33,614 nt of DNA from positions 1 through 33,614 of the forward strand of contig JAAPAO010000391.1 of NCBI GenBank assembly GCA_013115145.1. The letters run 5' to 3'. Under the pieces are notes generated by a model, which was not told the origin of the DNA, did not search any database, and saw only the letters and a program-made list of their open reading frames with translations. This document shows positions 9,009-20,626 of the stretch, piece by piece; position 1 is the first letter of the stretch; each line of letters starts with the position of its first letter. The DNA is from Perkinsus chesapeaki ATCC PRA-425. Its lineage: Eukaryota; Protista; Perkinsozoa. Both the position numbers and the translations under genes were made by a program.

Positions 9009-12000
9009 ATGTCCTACACCGACTTTGTATGGGTCCATCACCCCTTAACTGGTGAGAACCCTCCAATAGGGAAGTCTAGCACTCCTTGGGAACAGACGTG
9101 GTTGGTATTTTCCAAGCCGGATCAGAATCTTCTTAATGAAGCTTTGAAAAACGAAGAGGTGACGCTCGCTGGAGATCATATAAATCATTGTATCTAAGAA
9201 GACCCTTAGAAAAGGCTTCCTTGAACCTGCAACGAACAGGACGTGAAATTCTCAGTGCGAATGTATTTCAGGGGAACGTGGGAGTGTATGGCGACCGTTG
9301 GGTCGTCGACCTGAAGTCCCGAACGATCTCGCCGAGATACTGGAAAGCAGCCCCTTCTGAGGTTGTCAGAGTCCTATGGCATGTTGATGGTAGGTCCTCG
9401 GGGAGGTATTGGGTATGGGGCGCTCAATCCCACGGCGCCCAATTCCGCGAAGGAGTTCAGTTCTGATATCCGGCGTCCCTATGTGATGCAAGTACTAGGT
9501 TTCTGCTCCAGTTTGCATCAACGGCTGCTGCTCCGCGAAATTTAACAGCTTGTAGTAGCGTTAAGTCAACCATTATCAAATAACCTGTATAAGCGCTCGC
9601 ATTACGAGCCTCGTCGCTACGCGTTCATTGGAGCAGGTAAGCCGCTACCTGAAGAGGATTCTATGGCAATTGAGAAATGGATTGATGAGTGGAACGGACA
9701 GGACTATGTTGAAGGCAGTTCGAGCGATCTACTGGTAGACGGTGACTCTGGGATTCATTCGATTACGGTCAGTAGGCCCTCCCTGATGGTAAGAATTTTG
9801 TGGAGTACCAAGAGAGTAGCGGGTCCTATGTCATATATGGCTCTGGCATAGGAGTCTATTTGAGGTAAAGGGGGGGAGGGCTGCTCGTTCAGTTCGTTGA
9901 AGCAATCCAAGTTGAAAGCTATTACCTTGCCTACTAGTGTAATAATCGGCAGCAGGTATAACCCATATGTATTCAAGTTTAGTGAACCTTCCGGGCTCAG
10001 CTTGAACTGCAGTGACAGTCATTAAATTCTATTTCCGTCAGTCCTCGCTCGCCATTAACTCGCGGATGGAAGGATCTCCCGACGGACACTGGAGACTCGG
10101 CTTTACCTGCTACCGATCTGGTAGGTGACGGTGGGCCCAGGGGTTGCCAAATGAGAGGCACTTTGTTTGGTGATCAATTCTTGCGAATGTTACAGCCGGC
10201 TCGCCCCTGAAATTGAGGCCCATATAGGAGCCAGAAAAAGAGTTCGCCACTTCCACAGTTTGATTTCAACGGTATTTTCGGCAGGTATTTTGCATCCACG
10301 GTATAGGGGAGCATTTCTGGTCTCAACCGTCCCAACAGCAGGCTGGTTCCCCGGGTGCCTTTGTCGAGAGCATTCGAGAATTTCGTGACCTTATCAACAA
10401 GGGACGCCAGGAAGGCGAAGGCCGTATTGAGTGGGTGTTCATCTTCTGTCCCTTAATTTGTGCAAAAATTGTTCAGATGCCTCCCTGTGGTGTGGGCTAA
10501 TATCATTCACGAGGATGATACGGACCTAGTGGGCCGCATTAAGGACATCACACTACGATCCGTGCCCGTCCTTCGTAATATGTCGCCACTTCCTTGACCG
10601 TCATCAGAGGCTCAGGTTCCTTGGCTAATGATGTGGCATCAGATGTGATGTTTTACCAGTCCTCAATTTATGAGGGCAAGATTCGTAGAGGCGTCGTTAG
10701 CAGTATCAACACTGCAGTAGGCTTGATACTTGTTGAGATGGCCTGGACGATGATGATCGTTGTTAGGTGAAAGAGTATATGGCCAACGCTGACAGCAGAG
10801 GAGCTGCCAGACCTCGGGTGTCGGTGCTAGGACACTCGTTGGGCTCTGTTATTGCCTATGATGTGGTGGAAATTCAGAACAATGATAATGTAATGCTTGG
10901 TTAATATCTCGAATGGTTGTGACATGAGGGTGGATAATTACTCTAGATATGTTGGGGTTGGCAGTCCACCGCCTACCTTACTCAGCACCGATCTATTAGG
11001 CCACCAACGGGCTCTTTGAAAATACTCACGAAAGCTGTTTCACTTTGAATGTTGCTAGTGGATATTCCTAGCGCGAATTGTAGATATCTTTCCTTAGTTT
11101 GCCGTTCAGTTACCTCAAGAGTATCGTTTGCAGCTTGATTCGGATGTACATATTCTCATCCTTTGCGGTTCACCGTTGCCGCTGTTTCTTACTTGTCGTG
11201 GCGTGGCTAGGTCGGACATAGTGCCTTTGGTAAGAGCTGCTGCCTATGCCGCTCTCTTTCATTACTATGGCAGTCCAACTGCAGCAGAGTTTATAACATC
11301 TTCAACCCCACGGATCCGGTAGCGTACCGAATAGAGCCCCTTATCAACCCAGACTGCAAGGCGATCAACCCTCACCACGTAGCACTGCCGGGGCGACCTG
11401 ACACTTGACGTCGGTTTGTCAAGGTGCCGTTTTACAGCGGTGGTGGCGGCATCCAGAGGCATGTCCAAGTGAAGAGCGCAGTGCAGTCGTTTGCAGAGTC
11501 TGCGTTCGAGGCAGGCGTCACGAACGCTCTGATCAAGCCGGTAAAGAACCTGCTCGGCTTTAATGAGGAGGAGGTTAGGCAGCGAGAGAGGAGGTCGTGT
11601 GTTGAAGTTATTGGTTGCAGAAGAAGAAGTATACCGATGCTGTTGAGAAAATTAAGAAGTTGAACAGGAACGAGAGAATCGATTGGGTAGGGAGGATAGG
11701 GCAGTCATCTAGACTCACGAGGAGGGTCAAAAGTGTTTCTATGCGAAGATTATCTTCGGAAGATATAATAGTGATTTTGTTAAAAGATATTCTCCTAGAG
11801 GAACGCCAATTCCATTCCTTCTGGTAATATTTGCTATATCTGTGGCTGGGATTGGGGCGTAGAGCTTGATGGTCGCTGGTAACTCAGGTCCTTCAAGATT
11901 CATTCATCGAATCGGCTACCGAGTATGTAGCAGCTATTGCTAGCCACTGCAAGTACTTCGGTAATCCGGGATTCGCGCTTTTCGTCCGAGATAAGATCGT

Positions 12001-12052
12001 TAATGAGCCCCACAGCAGTGCTGATGAATCCGAGAGTTTGGAGGCGGCATAA
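9009..12052 (+). CDS. DDHD-domain intracellular phospholipase A1 (DDHD1/DDHD2/SEC23IP family); 5' end may extend to about 8824
   Basis: Motifs in order: WVVDLKSRTISPRYWKAAPSEVVRVLW; DL|VFCIHGIGE; LPVVW...IKDITLRSVPVLR; NDVASDVMFY; lipase GHSLGSVIAYD; LCGSPLPLFLTCRG; YNIFNPTDPVAYRIEPLINP; LNRNERIDW|VLQDS...EYVAAIASHCKYF; stop TAA 12050-12052. Confidence 0.9.
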
Positions 12053-12090
12053 CAAATGTTAGAAAAGGTTTTGCCTTTGGCGAGTTCACG

Positions 12091-12784
12091 TCATTTTCTT
12101 GCTCGAAAGGTGGTTGAGTTTAGTGAGATGCAGGCGGCAAGGACGCAACTTTTAACCTTGAAGCGCTGAGAGTCGAGAGGTTCGGTTGGGGGTGAATAAT
12201 GGTGCGAAGGGCACCTTGGCTCTTCTTGGGCTTCTATAATGGCATACAGCACGAACATGGGCAAAATGCTAAAAGCGAGAACGCTTAAAGGCCGCGGAAC
12301 GGCGTAGATGCTATCCCATATCAGGTGACCATCGTGAGCACTATTAAAACCAAGGACAGCTGTTAATGAACAGCATGTGCTTTAAAAGGCATCATTAAAT
12401 GCATGTAGATCGATAATGCAGATGAGCTACCGGCGGGCCTGAGGGGGGGCATGGGATGCTGTAGAGTATCACAGGAACGAGCTTAGATAATGGTACACAG
12501 TGCAGTAGTTCCACATGCTTACCCAACGGCTACGTTCTCCTGCAGTGTACCCACGGGGCCTCCATTTAGATTTCCGATCCTCTTTGAGCGTTGTGCTGGG
12601 CTTAGCGACCTGATGATAAAAAGTAAATTAATTTAAATAAAAATATAAAATAGATGTCACTGTAAGGGTAATGCTGACATACCTGCGGTGCTTGGGGCGG
12701 TGGCGGCGGTCCTCTCAAGCCAGCATGGACTGCTGTGAGGAGAAGTAAAATAATGCTGAGAATTAGCTGGTGGATGAATAACAT
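12091..12784 (-). CDS. Signal peptide plus single-TM hypothetical protein
   Basis: MLFIHQLILSIILLLLTAVHA-GLRGPPPPPQAPQ, a GTATGT intron, further exons, and a last exon with TM LSVLAFSILPMFVLYAII ending ...TFRARK*. Confidence 0.55.
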
Positions 12785-13107
12785 TTAGTAATTGCTAAGC
12801 GAATTTAACGGCAAAGATCGATGCTTGTAGGGGTGTTCAATAGGCCGACTTTCAAAAGCACTTCCAAGAGCGACACCCTGTGTGGTCGGCGGCGAAGGAA
12901 TAAAGATTATATCTTGCTCTCTTGCAATTTCTCAACGGTGACGATGAGGCGCGAGGCCCGCCGCGGACCGATTGACTGTCGTGGTCGTAGTGGCTTCACG
13001 TAAGGCATAGGAAATAAGTCAGCAGCGTTATGTAAAGTTATCAATGGCTGTTATGGTCACTAGATATACCGGCAAAGACGTTTTGTTAGTTTTCGGTACC
13101 CCCTTAC

Positions 13108-14900
13108 ATGTCCTCGCTTAAGAAGAGCGTTATGGGCATATTCGACCGATGGAAGGCATCTACGTGCAAGGCCAACCTTCAGGTGGTATCCTATGGGCCT
13201 AACTCACGTAATGTTTGTGTAGTTGGCTGGTAAGCGTTGCACTTTACAGAGGAATAAGGTAATTAAATCTCAGCGAGTTGCGGAGCGTGAGATAGCAGAG
13301 ATGCTTCGACAGGTAATGAATGTCACGTTTGTGGATTAGGATTCTGCTGCGGTAGGGGCGAGAGGAGAAAGCTCGAATAAAGGCGGAGCAACTAATTGCT
13401 AACCAGAAGCTTGAGAGCGCATATGATATCCTGGAGACCCACTGTGAGCTTCTATATACTAGAATTCAGTACATTGACCAGTCTAAGGTAACTGGGCCGG
13501 CAGGCGAGTAGAGGTGTAGATGTGGCTTAGGAATGCCCGCCCGACCTCATCTGTCCCGTAGCCACTTTAATATATGCAGAGAAGAGACTGACGCTTCCAG
13601 AGATGTCCAACTGTGTGCGGCAGTTTGAGTTGAAATTCGGGCGGACATGGTGCCATCAGCACATTGAGAACTCGAGTCAGGACGTGGCACCGAAGCTAGT
13701 CGGTAAGGCTGATGGATGGAATTCAGTGAGGGCTGATTTCTGTCCAGGTCTGCTTACGATTTCCCCGCCGAGCGAGACCATGGTTCTGGACGCTCTGGAG
13801 GAAATCGCTAATAAATTCGACGTAAGCGAGCCACGGCGTGGTTTATGGGAGCTGGTACTGTCAGGTTGAATGGGAACGCCCACCGACAATCGAGGAGAAG
13901 CTGGCTCAGGCGCCTGGTGCCCTCAACGTCTCTGCGTTCCCACCTTTCCCTATTCCAACGACGCCGAAAAATGGTACAGACCATTCGGCACAGCAGGTCT
14001 CTCCTAGTGTGAGTGAACCAACAAGTAAGCGAGGGAGGTAAGGTGTTGTTGTGCAATGCGATGGGTGTTGTAGTTCTTCCGGAAGCTGACTCGGACAAGG
14101 ATCACAGCGGCTTTGTAGCGAACCCTGATGAAGATGATATCTTCTTTGAGGATCTGCAGAAGGACGAGTCTGTCAGCAAACCACGTATGCTGCGGAATTT
14201 GGAGATAGAAGATTTATTCCATTTCAGAGCAACCAGAGGAACGACCGTCGCCGAGTAAGGCGCCGTCCGAGGCGAGCTCTCAGGGCACAGCTCGCCGGAC
14301 AAGTAATGGATTTTCGGGACAGTGTGGCGTAGGAGCTGAAGCAGGTTCTCGACCAAGCATCCCAAATCCGTCTCCGTTCGCACCACCATTGCCGCCGTCA
14401 TTGCGTAAAAAGATTCCTGGTGAAGATGAGGAGGATGACCAGCTGCCACCGGCTAGACCATCGGTTAGCAGTCAGAGGCTTTCAAGTAACCTTTGAAGTA
14501 TCTTCGGGGGGGCTTGGGAAATTGCGTTAATCATCCGGCATACACTATAGGCGGATGATTGGGCTTATCATCACCGTTGGAGTACGTGTTAGATCGTGAC
14601 TCGAACGGGGTATTTATAGGGCCACGGAGGCTCTGTGCATTTTGTCCTTGTTCTCAATGTGTGGGTTGGAAATAGTGGAATTGTGAGAAATTTCGCCACA
14701 CCTTATGTCGCTGTATTATTGTCTCTATTGGATTACAGTCTATCGTAATACAGTCTTTCAAGGATTCGCGTTTAGATGCTTCAAGAGTGTCGACGATTCC
14801 GGGCAGAATAGACAACGGTAAACCTGCTGAAGGCGAGGACAAGGAGGACGTTGAGTTCGATGAGCTTCTCCAGAGGTTTAACAAGCTCAGGGATACGTAG
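13108..14900 (+). CDS. IST1: IST1 (ESCRT-III-associated regulator of VPS4), paralogue A
   Basis: MSSLKKSVMGIFDRWKASTCKANLQ|LAGKRCTLQRNK...EREIAEMLRQ|GREEKARIKAEQLI...AYDILETHCELLYTRI...SK|ECPPDLICPVATLIYAEKR.... The C-terminal MIM1-like EDVEFDELLQRFNKLRDT* ends at 14900. Exons in the low-complexity tail (14220-14790) are uncertain. Confidence 0.9.
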
Positions 14901-15241
14901 ATGGGCATCGCTCCGCTAGGATTTTGTAAAAGATTCGATGGCCTGTACTATAGTGCTATGCTGCAAGTTTCACTTTGTCGCTCTTCCCTATGGTGTTGAG
15001 GGCAAGGACTAGTCCTGTGTGGTTGAAGAGGGTGTTGATGGATTAGTAGAATACACTAGCTCCTTTAAGCTGGTGGGGTGGCAAGGCTCAAATACTAGTC
15101 GCCGATTGTGGGAGCACTAGAGTCTGATTGAATTCAGTGTTGCTAGAGGCTAATGTGGTCTAGCATAACTTGGCGGGCGGCAGGTTCGGAGCGGCATAGG
15201 AGCCTCTAGTGCCTTCACTCCAGCTTTGTTACATATTTTAA

Positions 15242-16986
15242 ATGCCTATTTTCTCACACTACGACTCTAAGAAATGTAAAGCAAGTCTTCGGGTAAGTGG
15301 CCGTACTCGTAGCACAGCTGAGCATCTTTTTAGGGATTGGAGGAGGCGCTCTTGAAGATGACAAAGAAGCTTCGGCATGCTCAGGTTCAGCTCGAACTTC
15401 AGATACGAGACTTGCTACCGGAGGTAGGTCGGGGAGGCAAATTCGCGTCCAGGTGTGTTGTGTCAGAGGGAGGGGGCGGCTCAGACGCTAGGTGGACGAT
15501 GTTGCCAGATTCCCAGACAGATGAAGGCATATGACCTACTGGCGATGCAGTGCCGTTTGCTGTATGATCGGCTAAGCGATATTGAGGATGTTAAGGTACT
15601 ACGGGGGTGTCTGGGCTGTTTTATATTACTATTATGGGAGGGACATATTATTTATTATGGTGGCCCGCATTTGTAGTTGTCAGCTGCTGACAGTTGACTG
15701 TATTAGTATCCATAACGCTGCAGCTGCGTTAGTACATTATTAAGTGTATCATAATAGTGCGGCAGACTGCTTCTATGCTACCATTCCAGTGTGTGATGAT
15801 GTTGCCAGCCATTGTGAGTTGGGGGTAGGAGGTACACATAAACCGTAGGTTGGTACTATTATTCCCTTCCCGGTTTTCTCATAAAACGAGAACGTCGGCC
15901 TGTAGTCAAGTTGCTATTCTGAATTGCACTGCCTTCCGTAGAGAAGGTTCATTTCTTGAGCCAGGCCTGCCCAACGGATCTCGTCGGCGTGGTGGGGACG
16001 TTGATCTATGCATCAGAGGCCGTGGATATGCCGGAACCGGTTCATCTAGCTGAATTGCGGCGACAACTTGGTCTCAAGTTCGGAGAAAAGTTCTGTCGAC
16101 CCTTCCACGACAGTTGGACTCGCGGCATAGACCAGAGTTTTGTGGGTAAGGCTTGTCAATTTCGTGGCGCGCGCCCTTTTTGTGTTAGGTCTGATAGCTG
16201 TGTACGCTCCTAGAAGGCATGAGATATTTGACGTCCTCGAGAAGGTGGCGGTTAAGCACAGGGTAGGCTGTGGACCCCAATGGCCGTCTAAGGGGGGCTC
16301 GATCAGATCCATTGGTCCCGGCCTATAGACAGCAGAGCTCCAGCAGACCTTTCGGCGAGGATTAGATCGTCCGTGTGTAAGACACTTGCTGGGTGGAAAT
16401 ATCTTGTCGACTGGTATACGAAGGCAACTCGGTCCCTTTGATTTTTGGGAGACTAAGGTGTTCAAATATCTGTCTGGCTTGCCTGTTTTCTTTAATGGAT
16501 CCCTTGTACCCCCATTAGCGACCATAAGTGCCCAGTGTTGAGAAATCCCAAATCGGTCCGATTTCTCTCCCTCGCCATCATCGTTTTATGTCAGGTGGTT
16601 TGTCACCCCGATCGCCAGTCAGTTCGCTGCCCTTCCAGGCCGATAAGACTGGCCTCGTGTACTCGGGAGCTGCGACTTCGAGGAGCTCTATAAGGTCGGT
16701 TAAGCAAGAGCCTGAATGTGATGATGGTGACCAAACCCCACCCACCTCCCGCTTCGCTCCGCCGTTGCCCCCACATTTACGTAAACGAGTGTCAAACTCG
16801 AACAGTTCATTATTTACTAGTACCCCACGGCGGTCCACTACGAGCTCTTCGGCCACGCCTTCGACCTGCGAATCTGGTCTGGCGGATAGCCTGTATCCAT
16901 CTGGGTATGATGTCCCGGTGACGAAGGAGGACGAGGAGTTCGAGAAATTACGGTTGAGGTTGGAGCGCATCAGGCGAAGTGTCTGA
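15242..16986 (+). CDS. IST1: Divergent IST1-like paralogue B (tandem duplicate)
   Basis: MPIFSHYDSKKCKASLR|GLEEALLKMTKKLRH...IRDLLPE|REGAAQ...KAYDLLAMQCRLLYDRLSDIEDVK|ACPTDLVGVVGTLIYASE...LGLKFGEKF...FV|GLIAVYAP...VLEKVAVKHR|IHWSRP..., ending EDEEFEKLRLRLERIRRSV*. Intron positions match paralogue A. Confidence 0.8.
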
Positions 16987-17156
16987 TATTTATATTTTTT
17001 TATTATTTTTCGGTATATGTCCCGTGCTCTAGTAGGGGCTACTTTATCTTCCAATTGGGAATACGATCAAGTCAGGAGTGCCCTGTTTCCATAACGAAGC
17101 TCTTGTTGGTGTTCTGGGGAAGGCGCTCACCATGTCTCAGCCGGTTTCAGCGGACC

Positions 17157-18764
17157 ATGCCCGGCAAGCGACGCGGCCACCATTATTCTCGACATGATGC
17201 CAAGCGTCGAAGAGCCATCGAGAAGGTGTCGACAGGAGAGGGAGGGCCTGGTGGAGGCATTGAGGGCGAAGCGAGAGGTAGGAGGAATCTTGGAAAAGTT
17301 TTCACTGAGTTCCTCGCTGAATCGCGATAGAAAGTGTAACTCTAGTGGGGGACGATATATCGTATGCTCCTATTTTCACCGAAATGTAAACGAGAAAATG
17401 CATGTATTCGGAGGCAGGGCGGGAAGTTGGCCTAGGCAAGGTGGAAATTGTAGAACTTCACTTGTTAGAAATGTTGGGTGTATAATGCAGTCAAGGCAGG
17501 TGTTATCGTAACTTGCAATCTTCCAAACCGAGTAAAGACTGCCACACGAGACATTATGCGTTTGTTCGAGCACCACTGGGCAAATGTGAATCCCGAGGCA
17601 GCGAAGGGAGATGAGGAGATTGTTGCTGATGATGATGGTGGAGGTGGAGGTGGTGTTAATATTAGTGACAGTATTGAGGCTGAGCTAGCTGAGATCAAAG
17701 AAGACAAGAACAGGCTGTTTCGGTTTGGTGGAGATGTTTGCCGAGGAGTTGTATTCATACGGTTTGAGGCCGGAGTGACTATGTCGCCGTCGGAGTTCGT
17801 TTATAGTCTGTTGAAGTCTAAAGATCTGACGGCTCCGAGTAATGTATGTCGGGTAATAATAGGGAGGAGTAACTAAGTGGATATATCAATTCGATTGTAG
17901 TAGTGTTCGAAAATGTATTTTTTATTTCGCCTGTAGGACTGTCATGCGTCGACCATTTTATATTATCAGCAAAGATATAGATATAGTAAATGTCATATCA
18001 TCTTAATGCTAATTATTAGTAGGTTCACACTTTGTTTTAATCGCGTGTCTAGTCGCTAGCAGTTGCTCGATTCTTCATGCTGCGCAGATATCTCCGTTGG
18101 ATATCGTACGAGCGCCCAATCCAGACTCGCTTAAAGTGATGGGAGAGAAGTTTGTGGCCGATAGATTAGGCAAGGATAGCACCGGAAACGAGACATGGAA
18201 GATGGAGGTCAACAGTCGCAATATGAGTAATTACGATGGTGTACATGTATTATAATTATACCATATAAGAGAGAAATATACTGAGTATGAATGTCGAGAG
18301 AATCTAGTGGAAATAGACCTGCACGCATAGGCGTCTTTTTCAAGTGAAAATTTTCTATGTTTTCTCCATTTTTTAGTATGAGAATAAATAGCGTCTTTGA
18401 AAAAGATTCGTGTACTCGATGATAACTTGTTTGTATTATTATATACAGTGGTCTATATTAGTATGATATAACAATATATCCACTTCTTAGGCAATATGAA
18501 GCGGCAGGCAGTAATTGACCTGGTCAGCCCGTACGTTGATGGGGACAAGCATGAAGTATCAATTGTGTCCGCGGAGCTCACACTAGTGGTCGAGGTAAGC
18601 TACCGTCGCGGTCCCTATGCCAACTGAATTGCCTCTATAAGGTAAATCAGCTCCTATGTGGCATGAGCCTTTGTAAGGAGTATGAGCCTTTGCACAAGTA
18701 CCATATAGGCAAGTGCCTAGGGTATGGTTCGGACGTAGAGGACGACGATGCTGTCAAACCGTGA
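17157..18764 (+). CDS. THUMPD1: THUMP domain-containing protein 1 (Tan1; tRNA ac4C adaptor)
   Basis: GVIVTCN...IEAELAEIKE...RLFRF...GVVFIRF; CR|ISPLDIV; WKMEVNSRNMS; RQAVIDLV...HEVSIVSAELTLVVE|VNQLLCGMSLCKEYEPLHKYHI...KP*. Confidence 0.85.
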
Positions 18765-18875
18765 CGTGTTAAGAAGTTTCACCAGACAGCGGAAGGTGTT
18801 ATTGTTGGTGGGCTGCGGGTAGGATCATTGCTAGTTTTGGTAATCCATCCACTGTTATTGTTTACACGATAAAAC

Positions 18876-20488
18876 ATGGCTCGTCGTTACGATAGTCGCA
18901 CTACTACTTTCTCACCTGAGGGGAGACTGTATCAGGTAATATCAGGCTGAGGGGGAGGGGAGGGCTCATTGGGTGCCTTGAAACCCGTCAATTGTGTCTC
19001 CACGGTGTTCAACTTCTAATCTGGCCTTTCGCTGTATATACCATTCCTTTGCATTGTACTGCTTTCAACATTTCAAGTGCCAGCAGTGGTCCTGTCCGTA
19101 AGCCTGGTAATCTACTTGGACGATTGTTGGTGGTGGCTATGTCTTTGTGATAGGGTTGTTAAAGCTTAAACGAGGGACCTTCACCGCTAGGCATGAATTT
19201 TCGGGTTTTATTTCGGGTTTCGGGTTTTCTCACCTTGCTCCAGTTGTAGTTGCGATCTCTTTAGGTTGAGTATGCCATGGAAGCAATCAACAATGCTGGA
19301 TCCACAGTGGGTGTTCTGGGCAAGCAGTGTGTTATATTAGCTGGCGAAAAGAAGACTATCAGGTAAGACCAACAGTAAGGTACTTTCGGGCTTCGGGTAA
19401 TCCCTGTGGTTCAGTAAACTTTTGGAATCGGGTAAGGCAAGCGAAAAGATCTACACTTTGGACGACCATGTTGTGTGTGCTGTGGCTGGCATCACTAGTG
19501 ACGCCAATGTCCTTATCAATCAGCTTCGACTCAGTGCGCAGAGGTAGGCAACTGCCGGAGTGTTAGTGGAGAATGCTCCATGCGCAGATACCGTTATTCC
19601 TACCAGGAGCCTATACCGATTGAAAAGCTCGTCACCAGCATTTGTGATGTGAAGCAACAGTAAGGCGGATCCTCATTTCTGTTGGAGGATTGCTGATCTC
19701 ATCAGGTATACTCAGTTTGGTGGTCTCCGTCCATTCGGAGTCTCCTTTTTATTTGCTGGTTATGATGATCATTATGGCTTTCAATTGTAATAGTAGTGTA
19801 GTGGTACTCCAGGGCACCGCTGGTTTAGGTACCACACAGATCCCTCTGGAAACCTTAGCGGTTGGAAGGCCACAGCTATCGGTATGAACAACCAGACTGC
19901 ACAGGGCATTCTTAAGACTGACTGGCATGAGGACATGTCCACTAAGGTGAGGCGGCAGCAGCAGCAGCAGTTCACGGTTGTTGATTAAGCCATATTCTGG
20001 GGTAGAGACCTCCTCACATGTGAAGGGAAATGTTGGAGGGGAAATGGTATTGTATCTCTGACTTTCAATAGTAATATAGTGAAGATCTTTTGGCCTTTAA
20101 AATACGATACAGTATCTCGCATCGGCTTAAAAGTGGTGGAAACTGAGTAGTATGATCGGACAAGTTAATAAGGAGTATTCTTCCTGTTATGCTTATGCTG
20201 TCAGGAGTGCCTCGAGTTGGTAGCCAAGGTCCTAGTGAAATCTATGGACTCTGCCACACCTACTGCCGAGACTCGTAGGCGATCTACCGTCCCCTACGCC
20301 TGCAGTGGGTTTCCCTTTTTCAGTGGAGTTCGGTGTGTTGACACTTAATAAGGATAAGGAAGTCTGCTTCCGTATGTTATCGGATGATGAGATCAACGCT
20401 CTGATGGCTGCGGCCAAGCCAGAGCACTCCGCCGGTGAGTCTTGCTTCATTCCTGTTGAGCGACAGTATCCTTTTAGATGACGAGTAA
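18876..20488 (+). CDS. PSMA4: 20S proteasome subunit alpha-3 (alpha type-4, Pre9)
   Basis: [20 protein letters not shown]|[20 protein letters not shown]...; [28 protein letters not shown]; [20 protein letters not shown]; [14 protein letters not shown]; ends HSADDE*. Confidence 0.97.
19197..19228 (+). repeat. Three TTTCGGG(TTT) units in PSMA4 intron 1
   Basis: tttttcgggttttatttcgggtttcgggtttt. Confidence 0.6.
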
Positions 20489-20626
20489 TATACCCCTCCG
20501 AGTAGCTGTGAGTACGGAAAGGCCGAGTAGATGCCTTTTTAATGATACCGTTTCGTTATCACCTTGCGTATTGTGTTGTAATGTCCCTGTGGTGGAGGTC
20601 TGCGGGGAGCGTAGGTTTGATTGACA

